Origin: the human T2T-CHM13v2.0 reference genome, Homo sapiens
Strand: one strand, 5' to 3'
Length of the DNA stretch: 64,000 nt
NCBI RefSeq assembly: GCF_009914755.1
Contig: NC_060930.1
Positions 42,230 through 56,360 of this stretch are shown piece after piece. Positions within the stretch are counted from its first letter, which is position 1; each line of letters starts with the position of its first letter. The notes beneath the pieces were generated by a model. It ran no database searches. It saw nothing but the letters and a program-made list of their open reading frames with translations, and had not been told where the DNA came from. A program made the translations under genes and the position numbers.

Positions 42230-45200
42230 GTAGTGCCGCCAGGTGAACAAGAACCCAGGAAGAGGGAGAGAGAGGAGTTCGGTTAAGAATTGTAGCAAAC
42301 TCCAGTCCGAGCTGTGGAGGGGCTGCTTGTTCACTTCTCTGTAGGATTCAGAGCCCACAGCCTGTTAATAGAAAGGCAGGCCCTGCTGATGATTGGGAGG
42401 GAGTATAACTCCTGGGTCAGATCGCCTAGACAGACAGCAGAAAACAGTGACAGTGCCCCTCGGTGACTCTCGGGGCTGCTAGGGAAGATCTGTCACCCTC
42501 TTGGCAGAAGAGGCCTTTGTTCCCGATGTTGGGAGGTGGGATGTATGGGAAGGCTTACAACTTTAGCCCTGGGTATGAACTCATCTAAAGGGGATGTGAA
42601 ACCTAAAGGTTTGGGGAGCCTTAGCCGCTGCAGCCTCCTCGGGAGCAGGCCTGGGCTCCCTGGGATATCAGGGTATTGTAGGAACGAGGGGTGCGGTGTT
42701 CTTCTTTTCAATAACTCTCTTCCCGGTGTAAGACTGTCCTTGTTTGAAAAAGCACTGTGCATGTCCTTTCTTTAATCACATCTCTGCTTGACCTGAATCC
42801 GGGTATTATTCTCCTGTGCTGATGTGTGCTTCCTCCCTCCAGCACCCACAGAGCAATTAACGGCTGCCCGATACGTCTTGTGCCACCTTGTTTCCCTTAT
42901 AGTTTCTGAATTTACTCATGTCCTCTATCAGTACACTCCATCCGCTCGGACTGCTGGGGTTCTCCATCCTCACCCCCAAGAGCAAACAAAACGAAAGCCA
43001 GCCTGCTGCAGGCCACTTAGATATCCCGCCAGTTGGCACTGATTAGTAACAGGGACAGCATCATGGTGCTGGGTCCAGTTTTGCAAGTCTTGAAAACCTG
43101 ACACTATCTTGTGGCTGCGAAGAGATCCCCCCAGCTGTGTTTTTTTAGGGTTGTATTTGCGTCCTGTGGCTTCTATTCCTCAGACTAGGGTGGAGATGGG
43201 GTGCCCTGTAGTTACGAGGCACCCCTGCCTCAGGAGTCAGTGTGGAAGAGGGTTGGGCATTAATCTTAGCCCCTTGTCCTTACCTTGGTTACAGGGGTAC
43301 AGGGTGTATCTGAAGTGGAGAGGCCACCCTTTGCCCATCTCTACGCCTCCCACTGAGCCCTAGTGAAACCAACTGTGAGTGCTCTTGACTGCCCAACCGC
43401 CAGTCTAGATCAGATCCTCTGAGGGTATGAAAGGGTAAGCTGGTTTGTTCACTGCTTCCCCAGCTTCCACTTCCACATAACTCACCAGTATCTTTGAGTG
43501 AAGAAAGATGTGGGTGCCCACGGAATCTTAGCCTAACTTGGACCCCTGTGAGCCAAAGATGACCTGGAGTTCAGCCCACTGGAAGCGCACACCAGTGCTG
43601 GCAGGCACGCGTTTGCTGCAGACCATCCTGTTAATGTTTAACCATCAGCCGCCACATTACCTGTTAGTCTGGAACATTTTCTTTCATCCTGGTTTAGAAA
43701 GCTGCCCTGTGATCTTCCCATAGTGGTTCCACAGTAGCGAAAGCAGCCGGTAACTGAGGGAGCTGAGGGGGAGCCCTTGGGTTTCCATGTTTACAAATAA
43801 GTCTTAGTAACTCCGTGCTGGATGTGCATTTTGCATTCAGCTTCTTTATCATAAGGGAGGAACAAAGACTGGGGCTCCTGCTGACATCTGCAGACACAAA
43901 GCTGAGTCGGAATTTGTGGTCTTAGCTTCGGTTCAGCACCAAGTGTATTTATAAGTTTGCAGTCATAGGTTTTGTTGTCCAAATCCCAACAAAGCCCTTT
44001 CCCACCTCCACCCCACCCCGGAAGTTATATAGGGTTCCTTGAAGGGACAAAGCCTCTAGAAAAAGAAAAGTCACTGAAAGTTGTAATGTGAAACCAGCAA
44101 AGAGAAAATACATGTTTGGTTTAGTTGTGGTCACAGTCCATGGTGAGAAAAGGGACTGAGATTTAAGTGGGAGGGAAAAGTTTAGGGAGGCAGAGTTTAG
44201 TGATTTCAAGGAGGATTTTAAAATGCAGATGAGCATGATGGACATGGGGTGAAGCCTTCATTCTGGGTTCCCCCCCCCCAGTGAAGTTTAAAAAGTGAGG
44301 CTTTGAAGGAAGACCACTTAAAAAAAAGGGGGGGGGGGAAGGAAATGACCAAGGAGGTCCTTGAGGGGTTTTCTAGGCTTGTATGCCTAGGTGGCATTTT
44401 CTTAAAATTCCTACACATGTTTTATAATGTAGGTCTGACATTTTTCAGTCTCATAAAGTCCCCCAAAAGAATGCTAAAAATGCCACAGTGGGGGCAGTTC
44501 TCCCTTAAAGGTCCATTTTGAATATTCAAATTTCAACTGAAATTCTTCATTCACTGTCCTGGACAGAGAGGCAGCCTGGCCCCCTCTGCCCTTGAGGGAT
44601 ATGCCCTTGGTCCTTCCTCCGATGATGCCCCGTCTTTGTGTTTGTAGGCACCTACATAGGGCTGTTTTTAATTCGTATAAACATGAAAGTGTTTAAGCTC
44701 TCCCTTAATGGTGGCCGCCTTTACCAGCCCAGAAGTCCCACATGTCAGCATGGACTACACCTCAGGAAACCCTCTCCATCCTCAGATGCTTTGGGTGGAG
44801 TGCAGACACAGCAGCTTCCCCTGCAAAGGCACCCCTGCCAGGTCAGATAATTACTTAGGTTGGTAGTCTGTCACAGTGGTTGAGGCTCATTTAATTTTTA
44901 GGAAGCAATAGATCTTTAATTGTTGAGCTGACTAGGGCTGTCTCCACAGTCCTGTAGGAGGAGCTGCGGGTTTATTATCTACCAGGATTCCTTCTGCTTC
45001 CTCTAACAGTTTTCTTAGTTGTTGAACAACACAAACCGAGGGACTGATGGGGAGAGGGAAGAACTGCATATTTTTAAGGTAGCATTGCTTATAAAAAGTC
45101 ATCAGCTCAGCTACCTGCATTTGGGAGTCTGGGTGTTGAGGGCGGGGATTTATACAGCACCTGGCCTTATAAGTTGAGTATTCATGATAGGTGAAGAGGT

Positions 45201-45607
45201 GAAGTTTTTTGTTCATGAGAATCACTAATGAAAATCAGTTGTTTAGAATGTGAAGGGCACAGCCTACACTGCTAAAACACTCCCCCTAGTGGGAGTTTGG
45301 TAGAATACAACCAAGCCCCCTGTGTCCAAAGAGGGAGTTGGCCTTTCATTGTACTCCGGGTGATCTCTCTCCATTATCCGCGCAAAGGAAGGGCCCGAGA
45401 GCAGGAACAATTTGATCTTATATTTCTTTGGGTTTTGTTTCAAAATTTATTTTACTTTCTTTAAAGCTCTATCATGTTAAATATGTTCTGTGCAGTTAAA
45501 ATAATGCATGTTCTTTGCTGAAAAAAAAAAAATAGAAGTGTAGTCTAGGATATACTGGGGACAAAGGGGAAGTAACCAGAGATTAAACCTTCTTTTAAAA
45601 ATTACCA

Positions 45608-46034
<427 letters not shown>

Positions 46035-46740
46035 AGGGAGGGAAATTACCCACAAAGCCAGCAAACAAATTGAGCGTTCTGTATTTTTATTGTAGAGTTT
46101 ATACCAATATCCATTCTATAGATGCTCTCTGTTGAAATGATTCAAGAAAAACGAACATCTAGTTTTTCCTTGGAATGTGGCCCAGACATTGGTGTGCATA
46201 TCCCAGGACTCATATTCTTTAAGCTTTTGGATAATTTTGCAAAATCATTTCTTCTTTAAAATGTTATATTCACACCATAATATTTCTTTCTGAAACCTCT
46301 TGAGATACCCAAACAGTGGCTGCCAAAAAGTGCAGTCAGTGTAAAACTAATGAAATGAAATGATGTAAGTAGCCGCGTTATGCAGATGGCTGTGGGTAAA
46401 GCCTAAAGCCCCAAGCAGGTGTGAACAGTAGGTACTGTCTCCTCAGACCTCAGGACGGGGCAGAACCAGCTCCTTACCCCAGCCCTCCTGACCGCCTTGA
46501 TGGCAAATCATCAAGCATGTGACATTGAGGAGGTGTGATGGATGCAGGTTGACATTGTAGTTACACCTGATCACGTCAAGTGAGAATCCAGGTTAGGTGC
46601 GTGAATCTGCTGGCTCAAGGACTGCAATCACATCTGGCCTATTGAGGGAGGGGCATCTCGTACTTGTGCCATAAAACAATGACTTTCATCCACCCAATTA
46701 TCAGAGGAACTTGAATCCCTGCAGTAATAAATCAGACAGT

Positions 46741-47119
<379 letters not shown>

Positions 47120-47979
47120 TTATTAAGTCTTCTTTCAACCTTAGTAAAGAGAAGGCCTTTTGACACTGTTTGATGTGAATATTGCAGCCGTGCCATCCCT
47201 TAAAAGGACTGTTGAAAACTGATAGGCTTTCCACATACAGTTTTACTGGGTGGAATGGACAGATAGGAACAAATCAAGAGGCAGGAAGTCAGGGTAGGTG
47301 AGATGCCTGGAACCCAGAACCCCTTGTCTTCACAGGCACCCACAGCCCTTCACAGTCCGCTCCCCTCACTGTGTGCTGTTGCCAAGCCTGGCATCAAGGG
47401 TGCCCTTCCTTTGAAAGATTCCACCACCCCTGGGAGGCTGACAGCTAGGAAGCCTACAAGCTTGCCTGCGCCCCCTTGGGTCTCTGCAGCCTCCACCTGG
47501 AGATGAGCGTCAGGCAAGAGTGTGCATACCATACACACACAACGCAGGCTTGGGGTCGTTTCCTGTGAAACTCATCAAGACCATGCTTTGGAGGATTAGG
47601 GGTAGGGGTGGTCCTGTGTATGTTGCATGTTTGTATGATCTCTTTGCACTGGAAAAATAACTTATAACTCAAGCTTCCTCAACTTCCCTAGCGCTGCGAG
47701 TCTCTGGAATGCACCCCTCTCCTATCTCGCAGCCCCTGTCTGCCCTGCCTGAGTCACTCACACCTTCCTGGGGGCGGGGGCAGTGGAAGCCAGGGGTTCA
47801 GGGGCACAGCCAGCCCTGGGAACACACCTGAGGTGATGTGGAGGCTGCTTTTGCCTTTCTTCACGTCCCCAGGGTCATCTTGGTCCTCCTGGGGGATGTA
47901 ACAGGTGGTGAGGATTTGGGCCGAAAGAAGTCCTCACTGGTTTGGGGTTCAGGCTGCTGGCGTGGGTCTAGCCCATTCC

Positions 47980-48970
47980 CGGCGACATCCCTGGCATGGG
48001 CGTACCTGGTGGTGCCCCTCTGAGCCCTCCCCGCTGTGCTTGCCCCACAGACAGTCAGTCGGATGCGGAGACTGCAGCCGCCGCGGGCGAAGTGCTAGAC
48101 CTCACCTCACGGGACAGAGAGCAGCCGTCGGAGGGCGCCACTGAGCTCCGCCAGGTCGCAGGGGATGCGCCTGTGGAGCAGGCCACGGCGGAAACGGCCT
48201 CGCCGGTGCACCGGGAAGAGCACGGGCGTGGGGAGAGCCATGAGCCGGAGGAGGAGCATGGCACTGAGGAGAGCACTGGGGACGCCGACGGCGCGGAAGA
48301 GGACGCGTCGAGCAACCAGAGCCTGGACCTGGACTTCGCCACCAAGCTCATGGACTTCAAGCTGGCGGAGGGCGACGGCGAGGCAGGCGCCGGGGGCGCG
48401 GCCTCGCAGGAGCAGAAGCTCGCCTGCGACACCTGTGGGAAGAGCTTCAAGTTCCTGGGCACCCTGAGCCGCCACCGGAAGGCGCACGGCCGCCAGGAGC
48501 CCAAGGACGAGAAGGGAGATGGCGCCAGCACTGCAGAGGAGGGGCCCCAGCCCGCCCCTGAACAGGAGGAGAAGCCCCCCGAGACCCCGGCAGAGGTGGT
48601 GGAGTCGGCCCCGGGTGCCGGGGAGGCCCCGGCGGAAAAGCCCGCGGAGGAGACGGAGGGCCCCTCCGACGGGGAGAGCGCGGCCGAGAAAAGGTCCTCA
48701 GAGAAGAGCGACGATGACAAGAAACCAAAGACAGACTCCCCCAAAAGCGTGGCCAGCAAGGCAGACAAGAGGAAGAAGGTCTGCAGCGTGTGCAACAAGC
48801 GGTTCTGGTCGCTGCAGGACCTGACCCGGCACATGCGCTCCCACACAGGTAACCAGGGCAGGCCAGGTCCCCGGCCCAACAAGAGGAGGCGAGCCGGGCA
48901 CCTCTCCTAGGAGCTCCCCTGAAGCGGCGCTGGAGGCCACCGAGAGAACGTTTGCTTACGTTGCCGGTGT
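47980..48970. promoter_or_regulatory. Intragenic CpG island over exon 12
   Basis: High GC and dense CpG by eye; boundaries approximate. Confidence 0.7.
48051..48848 (+). CDS. RREB1: RREB1 coding exon 12, 798 nt (266 aa), acidic region and two C2H2 fingers
   Basis: Acceptor tgccccacag|ACAG; donor CAG|gtaacc; contains [23 protein letters not shown] and [23 protein letters not shown]; symmetric phase 1-1. Confidence 0.96.
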
Positions 48971-50137
48971 GCCCTTTAAGCCCGTGAACTAGGAGTTTTA
49001 AGGAGTTGTACTCTCAGCCCTTGAAGACGGTGCAGGCCTCCTGCAGCCAGGCAGGAGAGGGTCCTTGGCCGTTGTGTTTTTGAGAACGCTGTGATCCGCC
49101 TTTAGCTCTGCTGCCTCCGCCTCCCCATCTGTAGAGTGGGGGTAACAGCTGCCCTGTTTCATAGAGGTATCTAGGAGAGGGTGCTTGTGCTGGGCATTTG
49201 GGCCACTTAGTCCTGTCTAGTCCTGTGGCCTGGACGACAGGCACTGCCCCAGGCCGCTGTGGGGCAGGCACCCTGGGTGATCCATTAGGGTCAGGAGGGC
49301 CTTTTCCTTTCTTAGCCGTGCAGTTCGGCTGAGATGACTGGGACAGGACCCTTAGCCACTGCCCTTCACACCGTTCTAGAGTTCACCCACCACCTGCAGG
49401 GTGGAGGCTGCAGACCCCAGAGCAGGGGCGCTTACTTTGACACAAAGACCTGAATATGCTCATGGAGTCCAGAGATATATCCTTCTTCTTTCCAAAATAA
49501 CCTGTCCCTCCTCTCAGCCGCAGCTTCCCTCCCTGTCACAGCTGCAGCCCGCAGTGAACACATGTGCCCCGACCCAGCGCAGTCGGCTCTGCCCTGCGCT
49601 TGCCCGTGTGAAGGGCCAGGGTCCTTGGCTCTCAGAAGAGGGATATTCTTGGGCTCCCAACAAGCGTGGTGGGCCCTGCCCTGGGCCTGGCGTGTGAGCC
49701 ATCAGGAAAGCCCCCGCTGCACCACATCGCAATGCAGAGGGTAACTGGTGCCCCCGACCTAGGTGCTGCTGTCCATACAGATCCCTGAGAGGGTCCACTC
49801 CTGTCCCCCTCTAGATTCCTTCCCAGTCTCTGGTCGAGGCCAGTCTGCACATCTCCTGAGGCTTCTGCTTCTGGGACCTGGGTTTTCTGGATCAGTATGT
49901 AGAGTGCCTGGGCTGAGAGAGGAAGGAGAGGAAAGGTCTCAGACTGACAGCTTGAACCAGCAAACAGAGCTTGTCCGTCCTCAGTTTGCTGGTTCAAGGA
50001 AGAGGCCTCTGGCTGAGTAGGACGGAGTCCTGGCCCCCCGCACATAGCCTGGGAGCCTCATTCTTCCTGTGCAGAGCAGGGTGCAGTGGGTACTGGTGCC
50101 TTTTGGTTAATGGAAATTCTTTCTTCCATTGTTCCAG

Positions 50138-50595
50138 GGGAAAGGCCATACAAATGTCAGACCTGCGAGCGAACCTTCACCTTGAAGCACAGCCTGGTTC
50201 GCCACCAGCGGATCCACCAGAAAGCCAGGCATGCCAAACACCACGGGAAGGACAGCGACAAGGAAGAGCGGGGTGAGGAGGACAGCGAGAATGAGTCCAC
50301 CCACAGCGGCAACAACGCCGTCTCAGAGAACGAGGCTGAGCTGGCTCCCAATGCCAGCAACCACATGGCTGTCACCCGGAGCCGGAAGGAGGGCTTGGCC
50401 AGTGCCACCAAGGACTGCAGCCACAGGGAGGAGAAGGTCACGGCAGGGTGGCCGTCTGAGCCTGGCCAGGGTGACCTTAACCCAGAGAGCCCGGCGGCCC
50501 TGGGGCAGGACCTGCTGGAGCCGCGCAGCAAGAGGCCTGCCCACCCAATCCTGGCCACAGCTGATGGCGCCTCCCAGCTCGTGGGGATGGAGTGA
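50138..50595 (+). CDS. RREB1: RREB1 last coding exon 13 (coding part), final C2H2 finger and stop
   Basis: Acceptor cattgttccag|GGGAA; (G)[26 protein letters not shown]...[11 protein letters not shown] at 50593-50595. Confidence 0.97.
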
Positions 50596-50684
50596 CAGCC
50601 TCAGTCCCCCTCAGCACAGACAAAAGCCAGCAGAGCAAAGCGTCTATACTTCATGGGGTTTCCTCAGTGCCCTTTGGCTGTTGA

Positions 50685-50689
<5 letters not shown>

Positions 50690-50725
<36 letters not shown>
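50690..50725 (+). repeat. (GA)18 microsatellite in the proximal 3'UTR
   Basis: Perfect 36-nt GA run. Confidence 0.95.
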
Positions 50726-50727
<2 letters not shown>

Positions 50728-51045
50728 AGCAGGAGCGTGGCTGCTCGCTCAGTGCCATAGCCTTACCGCAGCCTGCGCGGGAGGCCACAGCCCGTGCCGA
50801 TTCCAGTGCCTTAACTACTTACCGGATCCCTCCATATTATCATGGGTGTTGTATTTTTCCAAAATGACTTCTTAAACAAAACAAATATTATAATGAATTG
50901 TCTGGAGAGGACCTCTTCATTTGAGCATTAGCGTTATTTTGTATTGGTGTGTGTGAGCTTGTTCTTGTGAATCTGTGATAGCACCGTTTGTTCTGTGAGC
51001 TGGAAACAGAAGGAAAAAACATACCCTTGGGTACCCATAGCCAAT

Positions 51046-51053
51046 AACTGGAA
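51046..51053 (+). promoter_or_regulatory. miR-145-5p 8mer seed site
   Basis: AACTGGAA is the complement of the miR-145 seed UCCAGUU plus A1; an RREB1-miR-143/145 feedback loop is established. Confidence 0.7.
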
Positions 51054-51411
51054 GAAAATGATGTGAATTTCATGTAAATGACCAGAGGAAAGATGGATAA
51101 GATGATAATTTCTTAAATAGACATTTTCCTTTTTTCTTTGTGCTTCATGGTGGAGCTGTCATCTGGTCCTTGGTATTACAGGATGTGGTTGATGAAGGTT
51201 TCCAATATGGTTTCAGGCCAAAACCAGGGAAGATTCTAGCTTCAGCCTCATGTCCATTTCCAGTCTGTCAGCATTAGACATGGTCACTGTTCAAGTTTCA
51301 AGACATCCATTCTTAACTATAGAGAAGAGTTACTCCCCTGGCGTCTTAACCTATGGAAAACATGCACGGATAGGATATATTTGATTGCCTCCTCTTCCCT
51401 TTCAGTATATG

Positions 51412-51446
51412 TATTATTAATATTATTATTATTATTATTATTATTA
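51412..51446 (+). repeat. (TTA)n in 3'UTR
   Basis: tattattaatattattattattattattattatta. Confidence 0.9.
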
Positions 51447-52587
51447 GTTCATCAGTTTGCTGTTCTCTGCAGTGAGCAGAATCAAATGGGCAATATTTGT
51501 CCTGGGAGACCTGTGCCGCACCCAGGTCCCCGTGTTAACGTGTGCCTGCGGTTGTGGTTGGCACCCTCGGGTGGTAGCTCTTCTACTGTAATGAGACAAG
51601 CCTTTCTTCTGTCACTGCAGAATTTAGAAGGGGCCGTGAGCAGTCTTCCCAAGCATGGTCCAGGAGCAGCTCAGAGAGGGTGGAGTGAGGATGCATGCAT
51701 CCAGGGAACAGGCATCAAGAAGCCAGGGCCGTGCCTGGAGCACTGCAGAGATGACTTTGGAGAAAGCAAAGCAGTGACCCAGTGACCAGGCACATTACTC
51801 GTGAGCGAGGTATTCCCAGTCTTCCTGCTAAGCCTAATCCAAGCCTTACCCAGCTGTGCTACTGTCATTTGCAAAGCAAGGAAATACTACTACTGGTAAT
51901 AAAACTACACATGCAAGATGTCAGATAAGAAATAGGTTTATATTTACCTTCCTGCGATGTGGGGTTGGTGCTTGAAGATAAATGTGCTGTTTCTAGTTTC
52001 TTAAATAGCCCACACCCCTGGATGCAAAAAGGCAGGGTTATTTTTACCCATGAGCATCCTGTGCAGGCAATAGACTTCCCTCACTGTCTCCGCCTGCAGG
52101 GAGGAGAATGTACCCCACTGCACCTGAGCTCCTGGTCCCTCAGCCAAGACCTCAGGGGTCCCCAGCCAGCCTGCTGCTGGGGACCCCTGTGCTTGCTGCA
52201 GTGTATGGAGCCTCTTGCCTTCCCCTGGGGAGGCACCCCTGTACCCCAGCTTCCTTCCCCTGGCCTTTTCTGGCCCCAGTGCTCCTCCTTTACATAGACT
52301 TGTTCACACAGAAACGTGCACGCCCCCTTTTCTCCGCCACTTCACCAATTTCTGAAATCCAACCTCCCAGACTTCACAGGAAGATAGATATTCTTGAGAT
52401 AATGAAAAGTGATATCTTCGCATATGAAAGGAAAAAAGGTTGAGGTATATATGATTTTTAACTGTATTAGGGGTGTATGAACCAGTTTAAAAACGAGGTT
52501 TTATTTACTGTAGAGATGAATGCAAATCAGAACCAATGATCCCTTGGCCTACTTAGTTAAAACCAGTTCATACATCCCTTAGGGTTT

Positions 52588-52647
52588 TTATTATTATTAT
52601 TATTATTATTACAGTTGTTATTGTTGTTTTTGTTGTTATTATTATTT
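52588..52647 (+). repeat. (TTA)/(TTG)n in 3'UTR
   Basis: Imperfect trinucleotide array. Confidence 0.85.
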
Positions 52648-53573
52648 GGGGTTTCTTGTGTTTTTTCTTTGCGACTCTCCACACTAAACTTGCAATATTG
52701 TGGGGAGAAGCTGTGACTAAACTCTACGCTGCGGTGAGATGTAGCAGTAATCAGCTCCCAGCGACGTGTGTAGCTGGGGCTGCCGCTCGCAATAATCACT
52801 ATTGATTTAAAGCTTTACTTAGCCTTGATCTGTACCCTTGTAGTCAATAAGGTCTTGCCACATTTTATTAGTGAGGTGGAGAAACGTATTATTTGTTTGT
52901 TGTTTTTGCCCTTCCCCCACCCCCCAATATTAAACTGTGAAATTTGTGATTTGTTTAAACTCTGGGTGAATCATAGCTTAGTTTGCATGTCCAGCTAATT
53001 TGTTTCTATACATTTTGTTTGATTCTCTTTCTCCTTCTCTCAGGGCTTTTACAAAAAAATATATATATATGGATCTTCTGAAAAGTTTTTTGAGGTGCAA
53101 GTTTTTTCTCTTGTTTTTTTTTTTTTTTTTTCTCATTGATTAATGGACATGATGCTGAGATTCAATCACTACATGAAACACCTGGCTGTGAAAACAAAAC
53201 AACCCAGAGGGCTGTGTTCCAAGCAGCGCTGGGGAAGCTACGTAACAGTCGGATGCCAGTTTTGGAAGATTCACCATGCGTTCTGACCCTCTGTTCGTCT
53301 CTTTCCTCTCCTCTTTCTTCAAGAAGGAAATTGATCCTAGTGATTTCAGCCCATGCATTAAACAGGAAACAATAATAAATTTGTAGAATTCATATTTTTC
53401 TAAAGGGAACTTAAAAACTGCTGCTACATGTTATGTACAAAACTGGTTTATGCCACATGAACAGAGAATCACAAGTTTGGTTTTGGTACTTTTTGTTCCT
53501 CTTTGTATTCAGTTGTATAGAACTTCCAAATTCAGAATGAGAAGAAAGCTGTTCTGTATCAAACCATTTAAGC

Positions 53574-53640
53574 AATAAATGTTATATTTTAAAAGCTGCA
53601 GATTGCCGGTCACGTGGCCGTCCTGTGATTTGTTGTGATC
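53574..53640 (+). terminator. Main polyadenylation signal AATAAA (53574-53579) with downstream GU-rich element
   Basis: AATAAA, upstream TGTA motifs, GU-rich tgtgatttgttgtg at ~53625-53638; further AATAAA at 51898 and 53374 are possible alternative sites. Confidence 0.8.
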
Positions 53641-53757
53641 CCATCCCCAAACCCACAGCCCACTTGGGGCAGGTCCCAGGTGTGCAGTACCATTGGGGGG
53701 AGTCACAGGTGCCCAGGAAAGCTCTTGTCACCCAGGCAGCATTTTTATTTGCGCTGG

Positions 53758-54123
<366 letters not shown>

Positions 54124-54497
54124 TCAGAGTGGAGATCTTGGTGTTGGGTGCACAGGGCCAGGAGGCTGGACCTAATGAGGCACCACAGTGCAGGCCACTC
54201 TGTCATTGGCTAAAGCCAGCATTTTTGTTTCCTGTGCAATAATGCCTAAGAAGTCCGCCTCGCCTCTTCTTCCTCCAACCCAGTGGTAAGTGATTGAGTC
54301 AGCACCTAGTGGAGGGAGAACAAAATCTGTTAGTGTGACCAGATTTTGGTGAGACGGGAGGGGACAGCAACCCTAGGGCTGGGGATGGTGCAGGTTAAAA
54401 CTCACATTTGGGTAAAATAGCAATCAGCAGAGCCCCAACTCCTAGCAGAGCCTCAACTCCTATAACTAGGGAGTGGCTCTCAAAAAGCAACACTGGG

Positions 54498-55178
<681 letters not shown>

Positions 55179-56009
55179 CTAAGTGCCACCTCCCTGCAGG
55201 ACCAGAGCTGTGGCTGTGGTCCTTAAGCTTTTTCAGGCCCCTCTGTTGAAAGACGTAGAATTTAACACACATTTATATGTGGGAGCTTGGGGGATCCGCA
55301 TGCCTGAGTGGGCGGTGGCAGGTGGAGATGTACTAGCCCTGGGTAAGCGGATCTCAAACCTCAGGTCCTCCGCCCAAAGACATAGCCAACCACCTGCGCT
55401 GTGTTAGAGATGCAGGACAAAGAAGTGGCCACGAGCTGTGTTGCTGGGGACAAGCTGGCTGGCATGACAATCCCAGTTCTGCCTCTTCGGGCTGGTGAAT
55501 GGCCTTGTGCCTCAATTTCACCATTCCTAAGAAAGGGATAGCGATAGTACCTGCCTCATGGGCACTGTTGTGTGGATGCTATGAGTTAATTACATAAGGT
55601 GCATGTTAGGGGCTCTCGTTATTGTTTCTACAGTCTTCTCATGGGAATGCTTCCTTGGTTGCCTGGTGAGGAAGTAGGTAGAACTTCACCACACACATTC
55701 ATGGCACAGTGCGGGGAACAGCCAGAGGAGGGCCTTGTGGGAGATCACCAAGATGCAGGCACTGTCTTTGAACCCCAGGGAGTCTTGTCACCTTCTCCTA
55801 CCTGGCCTCCTCTGGCCCTGTAATCCCACTACCTTCCCGCTCAGCCTGTGACCTCCCCATGGCCCCAGGACTCTGCCTGGGCCTTGGTGCTTATCCAGCA
55901 TCCCCACCCTGGACCAAAGCCTCCTCCACTGGAGGAGGGCATGGGGCATGGGGATGGGGGAGCTGGCGGCATAGACCTAGCACCCAGGATGAGGCCTAGT
56001 CCCTTGTTA

Positions 56010-56360
56010 CCTTACTGCTCAGAGTGTCATCTGAAGACCCAAAGCATCAGCATCCCTGGGAGCTTGTTAGAAATGGCAACCTCAGGTTGACCTGGTGCGG
56101 TGGTGCATGCCTGTTGTCCCAGCACTTTGGGAGGCTGAGGCAAGAGAATCGCTTGAGGCCAGGAGCTCAAGGCTGCAGTGAGCTATGTTCACACTCCAGC
56201 CTGATTGACAGAGCGAGATCGCATCTTCACAAAAATAAAAACGTAAACCAAAAAATAAAAGAAATGAGAACCTCTGACCCACCCAGACCTGCTGAGTCAG
56301 AATTTGCATGTGAACAAGGGCCACAGTGGATATGTGCACACATTAAAGTTTGAGAAGCTC
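56010..56360. mobile_element. MER5-family element interrupted by an Alu monomer (~56088-56260, +)
   Basis: gcatcagcatccctgggagcttgttagaaatg | Alu | cccacccagacctgctgagtcagaatttgcat...aaagtttgagaagc. Confidence 0.65.

Larger units (their letters stand above)
50596..53605 (+). other. RREB1: RREB1 3'UTR (~3 kb; 3' end approximate)
   Basis: Alu-free, AU-rich sequence after the stop, ending ~20-30 nt past AATAAA 53574; Alus resume at ~53758. Confidence 0.85.

Noticed and set aside
48055-48882. 275-aa minus-strand ORF
   Set aside because: Antisense shadow of GC-rich exon 12
50231-50875. 214-aa alternative-frame ORF over the last exon
   Set aside because: Overlaps real CDS out of frame and runs through the (GA)18 repeat; no support for translation
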